This document shows, one piece after another, positions 9,460-17,976 of a DNA stretch of 64,000 nt. The notes beneath the pieces were generated by a model. That model worked only from the letters and a program-made list of their open reading frames with translations. It was not told the DNA's origin and did not search any database. Every line of letters begins with the position of its first letter. The first letter of the stretch is position 1. The DNA is taken from the IMG/VR virus record IMGVR_UViG_3300005330_000016, positions 13,983 to 77,982 of that record. One strand, 5' to 3'. Source of the DNA: a virus. Lineage: Duplodnaviria > Caudoviricetes. Position numbers and translations under genes: made by a program.

Positions 9460-10132
9460 TCCGGCATTTTGAAAACTCGGGTGAAAGGGTATTGACAGTT
9501 CAATCAGCGGGGTGTAGGGTTACGGACATGAGCAGCGCACTTCGGATCCCAAGGGCCTACATCAACTGGGCGAAGGCGATGATCAACACTTTTTGGGAGA
9601 AGCCTCTGGACAAAGGCCAGCGACCACTCATGAGCAAGGCTCAGATCCGCGAACAGATCGTCTTCGGAATTGCTCAGATGCAAGCAGCAGATGGCGACTC
9701 GGCCACTTGGACGCCCTGCCTACATTGCGACGAAACCGGGATGTACCTGAAGGATGGAGCCGATCACGAAGAACTCTGCTACCAGTGCACAGGCAAGGGC
9801 CGACAGTCGGAAGCAGACCGCAAGCGCAATTGGGGCTATCAAGCCCACAAGAGGGAGAACTACTAATGACCGAAACGTTCTGGCTTGGGTACAGCGATAC
9901 CCACTTCCGTGACCGGCCACAACGGCCACCATTCCATCTAGTTCACCAGGCTACGCACTTTCGTCGTGCCGCGAGCATGTGCGGTATCTACGTTACCGTC
10001 AGCAAGCGCACGTATAACACGGCACCCGACGTACGTCTATGCAAAAAGTGCCTGAAGGCCGCTCAGCCCTTTATAGGATCTCCTGAGCGAGAACCCGGCA
10101 CGCCAGATCAAGCGAGCCAGTCGCAGAGCTAA
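9460..10132 (+). other. Antisense early cassette 1: promoter plus ORFs 9528-9866 (CxxC..CxxC) and 9866-10132
   Basis: TTGACA 9492, 17-nt spacer, TAGGGT 9515, ATG 9528 (leaderless); TAATG coupling. Confidence 0.75.
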
Positions 10133-10433
10133 CCACCTCAAACGTGCGCCCGCTGCTGACTTCTACGAGTCGGTCAGTGGGCAGCACGTCGGACCCCCAA
10201 GCGAACACGAAGATCCAGACCGAGATGCTCCGGACCTGTACCGCGTTCTCGCGCTCTAGTGGCGTGATGCCCTGGCGATAGAACTGGCATGGCAGAGTTG
10301 ACGCAACGGTATACGTGTCGGTCATACCGCCGGTGGTATCGGCTACCTGGCCCTTGCGGCTTACCTCAACGCTCGTGTTGAACGTCTGCTGAATAACCCG
10401 CTTGAGTACGTCCGTGTTACGAGGGATCGGCAT
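10071..10433 (-). CDS. Head closure / head-tail adaptor (SPP1 gp16-like)
   Basis: DTTGGMTDTY, DVLPTDRLV, RTFEVV pattern; position. Confidence 0.75.
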   Translation of the reverse strand: MPIPRNTDVLKRVIQQTFNTSVEVSRKGQVADTTGGMTDTYTVASTLPCQFYRQGITPLERENAVQVRSISVWIFVFAWGSDVLPTDRLVEVSSGRTFEVVSSATGSLDLACRVLAQEIL

Positions 10434-11071
10434 CAGGCGACGTACCCAACACCGCGACGGTACTGGTCGATAATGCTCGCGGCGCTCTTGGGCAGGTTCT
10501 TGCCCGCCACCGTCACCGTTAGCTCATTGCCGATCTTGTAGCTCTGCACGCCCGGTATAACCAGATCGCTCAAGCCAGGTCCGGCTTCGCCTTCCGCCAC
10601 CATCATGCACAACGTGGTGATCGGCATCGGAACGTTCGACAGCGTGCAATAGCCAAACTTGCCCGTCACCTTGACAGCATTCGTATACGACGGGAAGCTA
10701 AAGCGACCTTGCCACCATGACTTGCAGATGCTCGTGTACGGCTCGCCGTTCACTAGTGCGTTGATCGGCTCTAAATGGTAGTCGGTGCCCGCCGACCAGA
10801 CTGTCTCGTACACGCCGTCGCCGTTCGCGTCTGTCTCAAGCGTGGTTACGCTCAGGATGTCGTCTTCGGGCCGTAGCTCCCAGTAAGCATCACACGCCGT
10901 GTAGTAGCGAATCTCGTCCGAGTCGGTCGTGTAGAAACGCCTGCCTAGCGTGCGGTCGATCCATCGGGAAGCCGTCTGCAAGGCACGGTCTAACTGCCAA
11001 TCGGACTCGGTGTTAGTAATGCCCATGCGATCACGGAACTCGGCCACCGATGCGTACAGGTTTGCGCTCAC
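10433..11071 (-). CDS. Head-tail connector (gp6/gp15-like)
   Basis: LYASVAEFR, LQTASRWIDRTLGRRF, VTGKFGY pattern. Confidence 0.8.
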   Translation of the reverse strand: MSANLYASVAEFRDRMGITNTESDWQLDRALQTASRWIDRTLGRRFYTTDSDEIRYYTACDAYWELRPEDDILSVTTLETDANGDGVYETVWSAGTDYHLEPINALVNGEPYTSICKSWWQGRFSFPSYTNAVKVTGKFGYCTLSNVPMPITTLCMMVAEGEAGPGLSDLVIPGVQSYKIGNELTVTVAGKNLPKSAASIIDQYRRGVGYVA

Positions 11072-11250
11072 TGAGGCTGCGCCCCGCGTGTCTCGGCTCG
11101 TGCCGGCCCTACGTCAACGCCGTGGTACTCCAGGCACACCTTGCAGTGGAACAGGTCAATCAGCCTGCGTTGATGCTGACCGTGCACAAGCTCGTCAGAC
11201 AGCTTCACCTCTTGCCGCAGATACGCCCACTGGTGCTTGTGCTGAGTCAT
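11068..11250 (-). CDS. Small hypothetical protein (HxH...CxxC), start ATG 11250
   Basis: ATGA overlap upstream and GTGA overlap downstream. Confidence 0.55.
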   Translation of the reverse strand: MTQHKHQWAYLRQEVKLSDELVHGQHQRRLIDLFHCKVCLEYHGVDVGPARAETRGAQPQ

Positions 11251-12347
11251 GTAAATGCCGCCACCTTTGCCCACGAGTAAGCCTCTATGGCATCTGCTAC
11301 GTATTGCCTGTCCTGCTCGCTCAGCCACCAGCCAACCGGAATGGCGACCTGATGGCCCGAGAACTTGTCAACGCCAGGTAGCGGCCCGTTGTAGTAATCA
11401 AACCCTTTGTGCGTATCGTTGCGAGCGTGAACCTGGCCGGTCATAACGCCACGATCTGCCATGAACTTGATGAAGCCCTGCTGGTTTTTCACACGCAGCG
11501 TGAACAGCCACCACGAGCCTTTAGCGTCGGGTGGCGGGAACAACACATCTGGCCCGGCTCGCAGGTTCACCATGTACCAGGCCGCATTCTCCCGGTGACG
11601 GGAAACGACCCACGGCGCATGCGGCAGATTGGCTAGACCAATGGTCGCGTTCACGTCGTTCATGTGGTACTTGTAGCCGACTTCTCTGATATCCTGAGCG
11701 CACCGGAAATCTGCTGAAGACTCCCTATCTAGCCCATACCATCTGAGTAGCTTGGCCCGTTCGTAGTGCTTCTGAGGCACGAGAAGCGCCCCTCCGTCAA
11801 CCGTGGTCAGATGCTTGATCGCCTGGAAGCTCCAGGCCACATAGTCACCGTGGTTGTCGGGATCCACCATCAGGTTGTGCGCCGCATCTTGAATGACCGG
11901 CACAGGCAACCCTGGTGGCATGAGCCGCTTGTAGTCGCACGATCTGCCAGCCCAGTCTACGGCCATGATCGCCTTGGTTCGCCGTGTGATCTTCCTGAGC
12001 ACATCATCGGGGTCAATCAGGCCCGTCTCAGGATCCACGTCTGCCCATACGATCTTGGCTCGCCGCGTGACGATTGGGCTATTGGTTGCCGTACAGGTCA
12101 TGGGCGTGGTGATCACTTCGTCGCCCAGGCCAACACCGCACAGATGTAACGCCAGGTCCAGGGCTGAAGTGCAGGAGTTCATCGTTAGTGGCGTTTCCAG
12201 TCCCACCAACTCAGCGAATTGTCGCTCGAACTCCTGCACCTTCGGACCCTGCCCGATGAACAGACGGCCATCTTCATCGGGAGTCAGTGCTAGCCACGCC
12301 GCTACGCCGGCGTCTGCCGACATAAACGGACGAAACAGATCAATCAC
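11247..12347 (-). CDS. DegT/DnrJ/EryC1/StrS family PLP-dependent sugar aminotransferase (start GTG 12347)
   Basis: GPKVQEFE, NSCTSALDLAL, GDEVITTPMT, IQDAAH, WSFQAIKHLTTVDGG (PLP Lys), GYKYHMND. Confidence 0.95.
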   Translation of the reverse strand: MIDLFRPFMSADAGVAAWLALTPDEDGRLFIGQGPKVQEFERQFAELVGLETPLTMNSCTSALDLALHLCGVGLGDEVITTPMTCTATNSPIVTRRAKIVWADVDPETGLIDPDDVLRKITRRTKAIMAVDWAGRSCDYKRLMPPGLPVPVIQDAAHNLMVDPDNHGDYVAWSFQAIKHLTTVDGGALLVPQKHYERAKLLRWYGLDRESSADFRCAQDIREVGYKYHMNDVNATIGLANLPHAPWVVSRHRENAAWYMVNLRAGPDVLFPPPDAKGSWWLFTLRVKNQQGFIKFMADRGVMTGQVHARNDTHKGFDYYNGPLPGVDKFSGHQVAIPVGWWLSEQDRQYVADAIEAYSWAKVAAFT

Positions 12348-12787
12348 GGCTTGCTCCGGAAGTAAGCGTACGTGTCGTCTTCGCCTGTCTTGTCCCACCG
12401 ATCCGCGTGATGCGTCTTGACTGCTGCCGGGTTGTCTAGCTTCGCCTGCGCGTACAGCGTGATGCCTAACGCCTTAGCCTCATCCGCAAGCATATCTACG
12501 ATCTTGCCGCCCAGGCCACGGCCTATATGCTTGATCCAGACGCCCGCCGATGGATGCCAACCATCCTCTGCTTGCTTGATCATACCGAACCCCACAACCT
12601 CCCCATGCTGCGAGTACAGCCACGCATGCAGCTTGTCGTGGTTGGCTCGCCACCAACCCCACTGCTCTTCTTCGGTGACTTCGCGGTTATCGTTGCTGAA
12701 GCCCGCCCTGCCCTGGTTGCGAATGAGCCGCATGCAGTTGACGTGGCCCCAGGTTGTTACTCGGGTTGCCACCAGTGGAACGGTCAC
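12344..12787 (-). CDS. GNAT N-acyltransferase, PseH-like (start GTG 12787)
   Basis: RLIRN..VTEEEQWGWW, VVGFG, IGRGLGGKI (acyl-CoA motif A), DNPAAVKTH. Confidence 0.8.
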   Translation of the reverse strand: MTVPLVATRVTTWGHVNCMRLIRNQGRAGFSNDNREVTEEEQWGWWRANHDKLHAWLYSQHGEVVGFGMIKQAEDGWHPSAGVWIKHIGRGLGGKIVDMLADEAKALGITLYAQAKLDNPAAVKTHHADRWDKTGEDDTYAYFRSKP

Positions 12788-12987
12788 AACTCCCATGTGG
12801 TGATTACCGCCAAGCCGGTCGCAATCGGATGCCACGTCCACCACACCGGGGCGGCTTCGGTCGCCAGTGCTCGCGTACAGCGCATGCAGATAAGCTCTGC
12901 CGTCCACGGCTCAACGAGCGGTATCACGTACTCGGTGCTCTTGCAACGTGGGCACAGGCTGATCACAGGTAGCTCGCTCAGCTTCAC
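12784..12987 (-). CDS. Small Zn-ribbon protein
   Basis: CPRC...CMRC; coupled on both sides. Confidence 0.55.
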   Translation of the reverse strand: MKLSELPVISLCPRCKSTEYVIPLVEPWTAELICMRCTRALATEAAPVWWTWHPIATGLAVITTWEL

Positions 12988-13733
12988 GTTGAGTAGCCTC
13001 CTGACACGTTCAGCACAGTGCCCGTCACGTAGTTGCTCTCGATCAGGTACATCACGGCCCGCGCCACGTCCTGTGGTTGTCCGAAGCGTCGCATAGGAAT
13101 CTGACTCAGCACCTTCTCGCGGTTCTCTTGCGAGACTTCGCTAAGCATGCCAGTGCGGTCTATGAAGCCCGGCGCTACCGCGTTGACCGTGATGCCTTTG
13201 TGCGCTAGCTCGATGGCCGTAGCCTTAGTGAAGCCGACCAGGCCCGCCTTGCTCGCCGCGTAGCTAGCTGGCCCGAGTCGGCCATCCAGCCCAACAACGC
13301 TCACGATGTTGACGATCCTGCCCCAGCCGCGAGCAATCATGGCCGGTAAGGCGATCTGTGTAATCCGGAATGTTCCGGTTAGGTTTACGTCAACAACGTT
13401 ACGCCAATCAGATAACGTGGTCTTACCAACGGACCTACCAGCGGTCACACCGGCGTTGTTGACCAGAATATCGCAGTCGAGTTCGGTCAGGATCGGGTAC
13501 TCGTTGACCAGCGCCACCTTGAGGATCTCGGCGTCACCACCGTAGGCACGTACTTCGCGCATGGTCATCTCTGCCTGGTCGCCACGAGTGTTGTATCCGA
13601 TGGTCACAGCCGCGCCTTGGCGTGCTAGCTCTAGCGAGATCGCTCTGCCGATGCCGTGCCCGCCGCCCGTTATCAGCGCATGTCGCCCAACCAACGGCAG
13701 CGGTGGCACGAGTACGTCAATCAACGCTGTCAT
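12984..13733 (-). CDS. Short-chain dehydrogenase/reductase, FabG/PhaB-like
   Basis: TGGGHGIG, NNAG, YAASK, NAVAPG, VSGG motifs. Confidence 0.95.
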   Translation of the reverse strand: MTALIDVLVPPLPLVGRHALITGGGHGIGRAISLELARQGAAVTIGYNTRGDQAEMTMREVRAYGGDAEILKVALVNEYPILTELDCDILVNNAGVTAGRSVGKTTLSDWRNVVDVNLTGTFRITQIALPAMIARGWGRIVNIVSVVGLDGRLGPASYAASKAGLVGFTKATAIELAHKGITVNAVAPGFIDRTGMLSEVSQENREKVLSQIPMRRFGQPQDVARAVMYLIESNYVTGTVLNVSGGYST

Positions 13734-14305
13734 GGGCGAGCGATAGCTACGATGGCGTTGATCCAGATCGGGTCGTTGCCGAAGCCGTTTACCGTGCCTT
13801 CGATGTAGTCAAAATCCCCATTGTAGGCGTCGGTGAACTTGCCGATCTTGCCAGGCACGTTGGGTGTCACAACGCAATGCCCGCCGATGGTGTCACGTTC
13901 AAGCCTCCCCGCTTGACTCCAAAAGATCTGTCTGCCGTAGTACGACTGAAACCGGAACAGCAGCACCTTACCCGGCCAGGTCTGCGCTCCACGGCGCATC
14001 AAGGAAACCGCATCGGGCGTCCAGATGTCGTCGTCGTCGTTCAAGTGGATGTAGTCACCCTTGGCCTGGGTGATCGCGTAGTTGTGCTGGCAATGCCCGA
14101 AGCAATGGTGCCCTGCGTCCAGGCTTAGATAGCGAAGCCCCAACCCGGTCGTCAGTGCTTCTACACCGGGCAACTGGCCGTCGTGCGTATCTCCTACGAC
14201 GATAACCTCATCACCTGAACCGAGTTGGGGCTTGATGCTAGCCAGGCAACGCGCTAGTGGACGATCTTCCCTATGCGTTGCGACGATGAAAGAAAAGGTA
14301 GTCAG
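13730..14305 (-). CDS. Glycosyltransferase family 2 (start probably CTG 14305)
   Basis: In-frame N-terminus TTFSFIVATH..LARCLASI..EVIVVGD upstream of track start; YIHLNDDDD (DxD) motif. Confidence 0.85.
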   Translation of the reverse strand: MTTFSFIVATHREDRPLARCLASIKPQLGSGDEVIVVGDTHDGQLPGVEALTTGLGLRYLSLDAGHHCFGHCQHNYAITQAKGDYIHLNDDDDIWTPDAVSLMRRGAQTWPGKVLLFRFQSYYGRQIFWSQAGRLERDTIGGHCVVTPNVPGKIGKFTDAYNGDFDYIEGTVNGFGNDPIWINAIVAIARP

Positions 14306-14601
14306 GGCTTGGCTGTTGGAGTCCTGCGCTCTTCGACTACCGGATCTTCGCCAAGCGGCTGACCCATCTGGATCGGCTCGTTCTGAGACGGCTGGTCTGC
14401 CTTGGGCTTGCCCTTGATCTCGTGCGGCTCGCCAACCTGAACCCAGCGGTCAGATCGCGCCTGGTAGACGTAGGTCTTGCCGCCAGCGGTCAGTGGCCGG
14501 TCGCGGTCGGCGTTCACGTCGTGCTCGTGCTCAACGGTGCCAACGAAGCCGCCGTTTGGGTCGTACAGGTTCACTGGATACATCTGCTTGTCTTCAGCCA
14601 T
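14302..14601 (-). CDS. Hypothetical protein after capsid gene
   Basis: AGGAGG RBS, 99-aa ORF. Confidence 0.6.
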   Translation of the reverse strand: MAEDKQMYPVNLYDPNGGFVGTVEHEHDVNADRDRPLTAGGKTYVYQARSDRWVQVGEPHEIKGKPKADQPSQNEPIQMGQPLGEDPVVEERRTPTAKP

Positions 14602-14747
14602 GTGTACCTCCTGACCAATTGTAATGCAGTGGATATGCCGGGCAGGCGAACACGGTAGCCAGGGGGAGGGAGACTACCGTGTCGCCGCTCAGCCCGGCGC
14701 GTGCTTCGTGCCGTAAAAGCACCACGCGCCGGGCGATCACGAGAGGC

Positions 14748-15330
14748 TTACAGCCCGGTGACCTTACAGAAGACCGTTGGTCGCCAGCCGACGAAGGCCA
14801 CGCGCAACTCAGCCAGAATGGTCTGCATGTTGCGGATGAACTGGTCGTTGACGGTGCCAACGCGAACCGCACCCTGCTCGCGGTCGTAGAGGGTGACGCC
14901 CTGGTTGAAGTCACCGATCAGGCCGGTGCCCGCTGGGATGTTCGGATCCAGCACGACCGGCAGGCCCCACAGGGTATCTGCGCCGCCCAGGCTTGGCGGG
15001 CCGAACAGGTAGGTACCGGGGGTAGCAGTAGCCGCCGACTCACGGCTGAGTCGGATGTTCTGCCAGTCGGTCGGGTTGAGCACGAACGCGGTAGGTCGGC
15101 CCAAGCCGGTCCATGCCACGTAAGTGCGGCCCTTGTACAGCGCGTCAACGCCAGCGTCAGTGCCCTTGCCCACAACGCCGATGCCGGCCAGGTTCAAAAT
15201 GCCAGTCAGGTTCTCACCTGTGCCGTCACCGCTGACGATCTGGCTCTGAAGCTTCTGCTGAAGACCGAACAGCAAGCGCTGGTCGATGATCGAGCGGATG
15301 GCCGGGGCGTCAGACAACATGCGGTTGGTG
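14748..15330 (-). CDS. Major capsid protein (HK97 fold), exon 2
   Basis: TNRMLSDAPAIRSIIDQRLLFGL..GDGTGENLTGILN..LWGLPVV..GDF..FIRNMQTILAELRVAF. Confidence 0.95.
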
Positions 15331-15571
15331 CATCTCTTAGCGTCAGGCTCTTTATCCTGACTTCTCCTCGTTTCCAAGGAGTGTGGGACTATATCTTCAC
15401 CCTGGTAGGGTGCCGCGCACTCGTGGGGCTTTACCGTCCGGTCTGGACTCCATGCCCTAGTCTCTGAACCTTCCGACCATTCCTGATCGGCTTGGCTGCT
15501 GATTACCTGTACGGCTTCCAGCAATTCACGCGGTAACTACAGCGTATTACTACGCTGCGCGGCCAGATTCG
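15331..15571 (-). ncRNA. Group I self-splicing intron (IA-like, no ORF) in major capsid gene
   Basis: P AATTGCTGGAAG, Q AATCAGCAGC, R GTTCAGAGACTAG, S AAGATATAGTCC; U at 5' exon end, terminal G; splicing restores HWIPV-TNRML in frame. Confidence 0.93.
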
Positions 15572-16302
15572 ACCGGGATCCAGTGAGCCATGGTCCTGAC
15601 GGTTGCGGTCTGCGTGCTGTATGCGAGCGCAGACTCAGGCTTGACACCGCTACCACCGAGAGCAGTCGCGTCAAAGGCCGTAGCCTCAGCGACGAACGCA
15701 GCAGAGTTGGTGAACGTGGATTCACGCACGTACTCAATGGTGTCTGAGTCGGTCGGGCTGCGCGGGATCAGATCCAGCACGTTGAGCGGGTTCTGGAGGA
15801 TATCCAAGAAGCCCGGCTGGTGGTCTTCCAAGACGAACGCCTGACCCGAAGTGGACGAACCACCGCGCAACAGGGTCTTCTGGTTGGCCCAGTCCAGCAT
15901 GCTGGTGCCTTCGGCCATCGTCACATCAAGGTTGACGCGGGTCAGGTTGCTGTTGAACAGACCCGACATCTTGGCTTCGCGGTAGTCCACGCTGCCCAGG
16001 AATTGCTGGCCCGGCGAAAAGCGCCGGCCTTCGGGAGTGGTGTTGTCACCAGCCGCCGATGGTCGGTTCTGCGGCTTGCTGTGCCGATCCAGCGATTGCA
16101 GGATGCGCTTGCGCCGCACCTCAGCGTCTTCCAGGGTGACGAGCCGTGCTTCAAGGTCGTCAACCTCTTGGAAGATCTGCTTGACGTGCTCGCGCTCTTC
16201 CTGCGGCATCTTCTCGGGGTCGTCGTATCTCTTTTCGATCAGATCGGCTTCCTGCATGCGAGTCTTGATCTCGGCAGTAGCCTCTTGAACGGTCATAGCC
16301 AT
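15572..16302 (-). CDS. Major capsid protein (HK97 fold), exon 1 including delta domain (start ATG 16302)
   Basis: N-terminal coiled coil, then LDLIPRSPTDSDTIEYVRE, KPESALAY, VRTMAHWIPV; spliced product is 437 aa. Confidence 0.95.
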
Positions 16303-16309
16303 GGTGGAG

Positions 16310-17170
16310 CTAAACCTCAATGCCACGCTGGCGCAGCCTGCGCCGGCGAAGCTCGAACGCCAAAGACATGTCAGCTTTTTCGTCGGCTGGCACGTCAGTG
16401 CTGGGCGGTAGTTCCGGCTCGCTTTGCTTGTGGGCCAGGACCGCTTCAGCATCGGAACGCACGGCGTCCATCTCAGAGAACGTCTCCAAGAGCGCTTCAA
16501 GGTCTGTCCGCTTGCTATCGGTCAGGTCAAAGTCACCTGCCTGTAGCTTGGCGAGTAGATCGCGGCAGCGCTCACGGAACGCAGCCACGGTATCAGTCAG
16601 TGTTTTGGTCAGGTCGGCCAAACTCAGCCGCGAGTAGTCAAGCGTATCAACGCTCTTCATCTCGCGCATAAGCTTCTCGTAAGTGCGAATCACACCTTCA
16701 AGGTCTGTCTCAGACTTGACGGATTGCACTCGCGCCTGGTCGTTCATGGGGATGCTGACTACGCTGTTTTCCAGCAAGTCAATCTCTTTGAGCAGCCGCG
16801 TGTCGCCTTCGTTGGCCCACTCCCAGGTCTTGGGGATGTAGCCGATACTCATAGAGCGAATCGCGCCACGCTTGAGAAGCTTGTAGGCGTCCAGGCCCTG
16901 CTGGGTGTCGATGATCTCCCAGGTTCCGAGTAAGCCCTTGCCGTCTTCCTTGATCGACTTCTCGATGCCGATGGGCGAACGCGGGTCGTGCTGCCAGAGC
17001 AGCGGTCGGTCGCGGTTGGTGTTGGTCAGCGTGCCCTTGAAGGCACCCTTCTCGATGATGTCGCCGCCGTGGTCTTCGTTACCAAAAGTCGATGCGTAGG
17101 CGGTGAAAGTCATGGCGTCGGAGCCGTCTTTCACGTCAACCAGCGTTAGCGGAATGGACTTGTAGAGCAC
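16310..17170 (-). CDS. HK97-type prohead protease (peptidase S78)
   Basis: YASTFGNEDHGGDIIEKGAF, LLWQHD, SMSIGY, ENSVVSIPMN. Confidence 0.95.
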   Translation of the reverse strand: MLYKSIPLTLVDVKDGSDAMTFTAYASTFGNEDHGGDIIEKGAFKGTLTNTNRDRPLLWQHDPRSPIGIEKSIKEDGKGLLGTWEIIDTQQGLDAYKLLKRGAIRSMSIGYIPKTWEWANEGDTRLLKEIDLLENSVVSIPMNDQARVQSVKSETDLEGVIRTYEKLMREMKSVDTLDYSRLSLADLTKTLTDTVAAFRERCRDLLAKLQAGDFDLTDSKRTDLEALLETFSEMDAVRSDAEAVLAHKQSEPELPPSTDVPADEKADMSLAFELRRRRLRQRGIEV

Positions 17171-17220
17171 AGTAGGCCGGCTCCCTTCGTGAGCGCAGGA
17201 TGGGCCGGGGAACGTGGTGC

Positions 17221-17874
17221 GCCGGCGGTTTTAGAATTGGTCTTGAAAAAGTGTTGACAGATCAATGAGGAAGGTGTAAGTTACGCATATGGCAAACGCA
17301 GCTTGGGAAGTGACCTTCGTAGGTCGATTCGATTCTCGCCCTTACGCAACTGGTCTTACGGAAGATCAGGCCCGTAACGTTATTGATTGGCTTCAAGATC
17401 GTGATGAGGGTGCGCTTTACGTAGCTAGCCCGATGGATCTCGAAGAACCCGACGATCTAGACGATTGGGAGGGTCCAGAAGCTCTCGGTTATTCCGAGTC
17501 GGACCCGGAAGCTTTTGACGAGATGGTTCGTGACGATATGCGGGGAGCCTTCTAATGGCTTCCCAGGAGGTTCAGACGATGGAACAGCTACTAGAAGAAC
17601 TCAAGGTCACAGCCAATCGAGCCGAATACGCCTTTCTGGAAACACCCGGTGACATCGAGAGCAAACGAAAGTTCATGCTCTTGGCGTCTCACATTGACGC
17701 TGTGGTGCGCCGCTTCCAAGGTGAAGCGGCATGAACAGCAAGTTCTGTCACAACTGCAAGGGCACCAAGGGCTGGACGTGCCGCGTGTGCGGTCGTCAGG
17801 TCTGTGCCCACTACTGCGGCAACAAGGTTGGCACGATGGCTACCTGTGGCAAGTGCAGGATGAGCAAACCGTAA
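17221..17874 (+). other. Antisense early cassette 2: promoter plus acidic ORF 17289-17555, ORF 17579-17734, Cys-rich ORF 17731-17874
   Basis: GCCGGC 17221, TTGACA 17254, TAAGTT 17277, ATG 17289. Confidence 0.75.
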
Positions 17875-17976
17875 CGTGTTCCGGTATGTTCCGGTATGTC
17901 CAAGAGTAAGAGTAACCGTAACGTAGTTACTTACTTAGGGTGTTCCGGTATTACGGAATGGACTTTGAGAACGAAA

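Noticed and set aside
15331-15524. N-terminal 65 aa of track ORF 14748-15524 as real protein
   Set aside because: It is intron sequence; capsid homology begins only at TNRML
16303-16500. Track start 16500 for the capsid ORF
   Set aside because: Overlaps the protease C-terminus; ATG 16302 follows the protease stop with a GAGGT RBS
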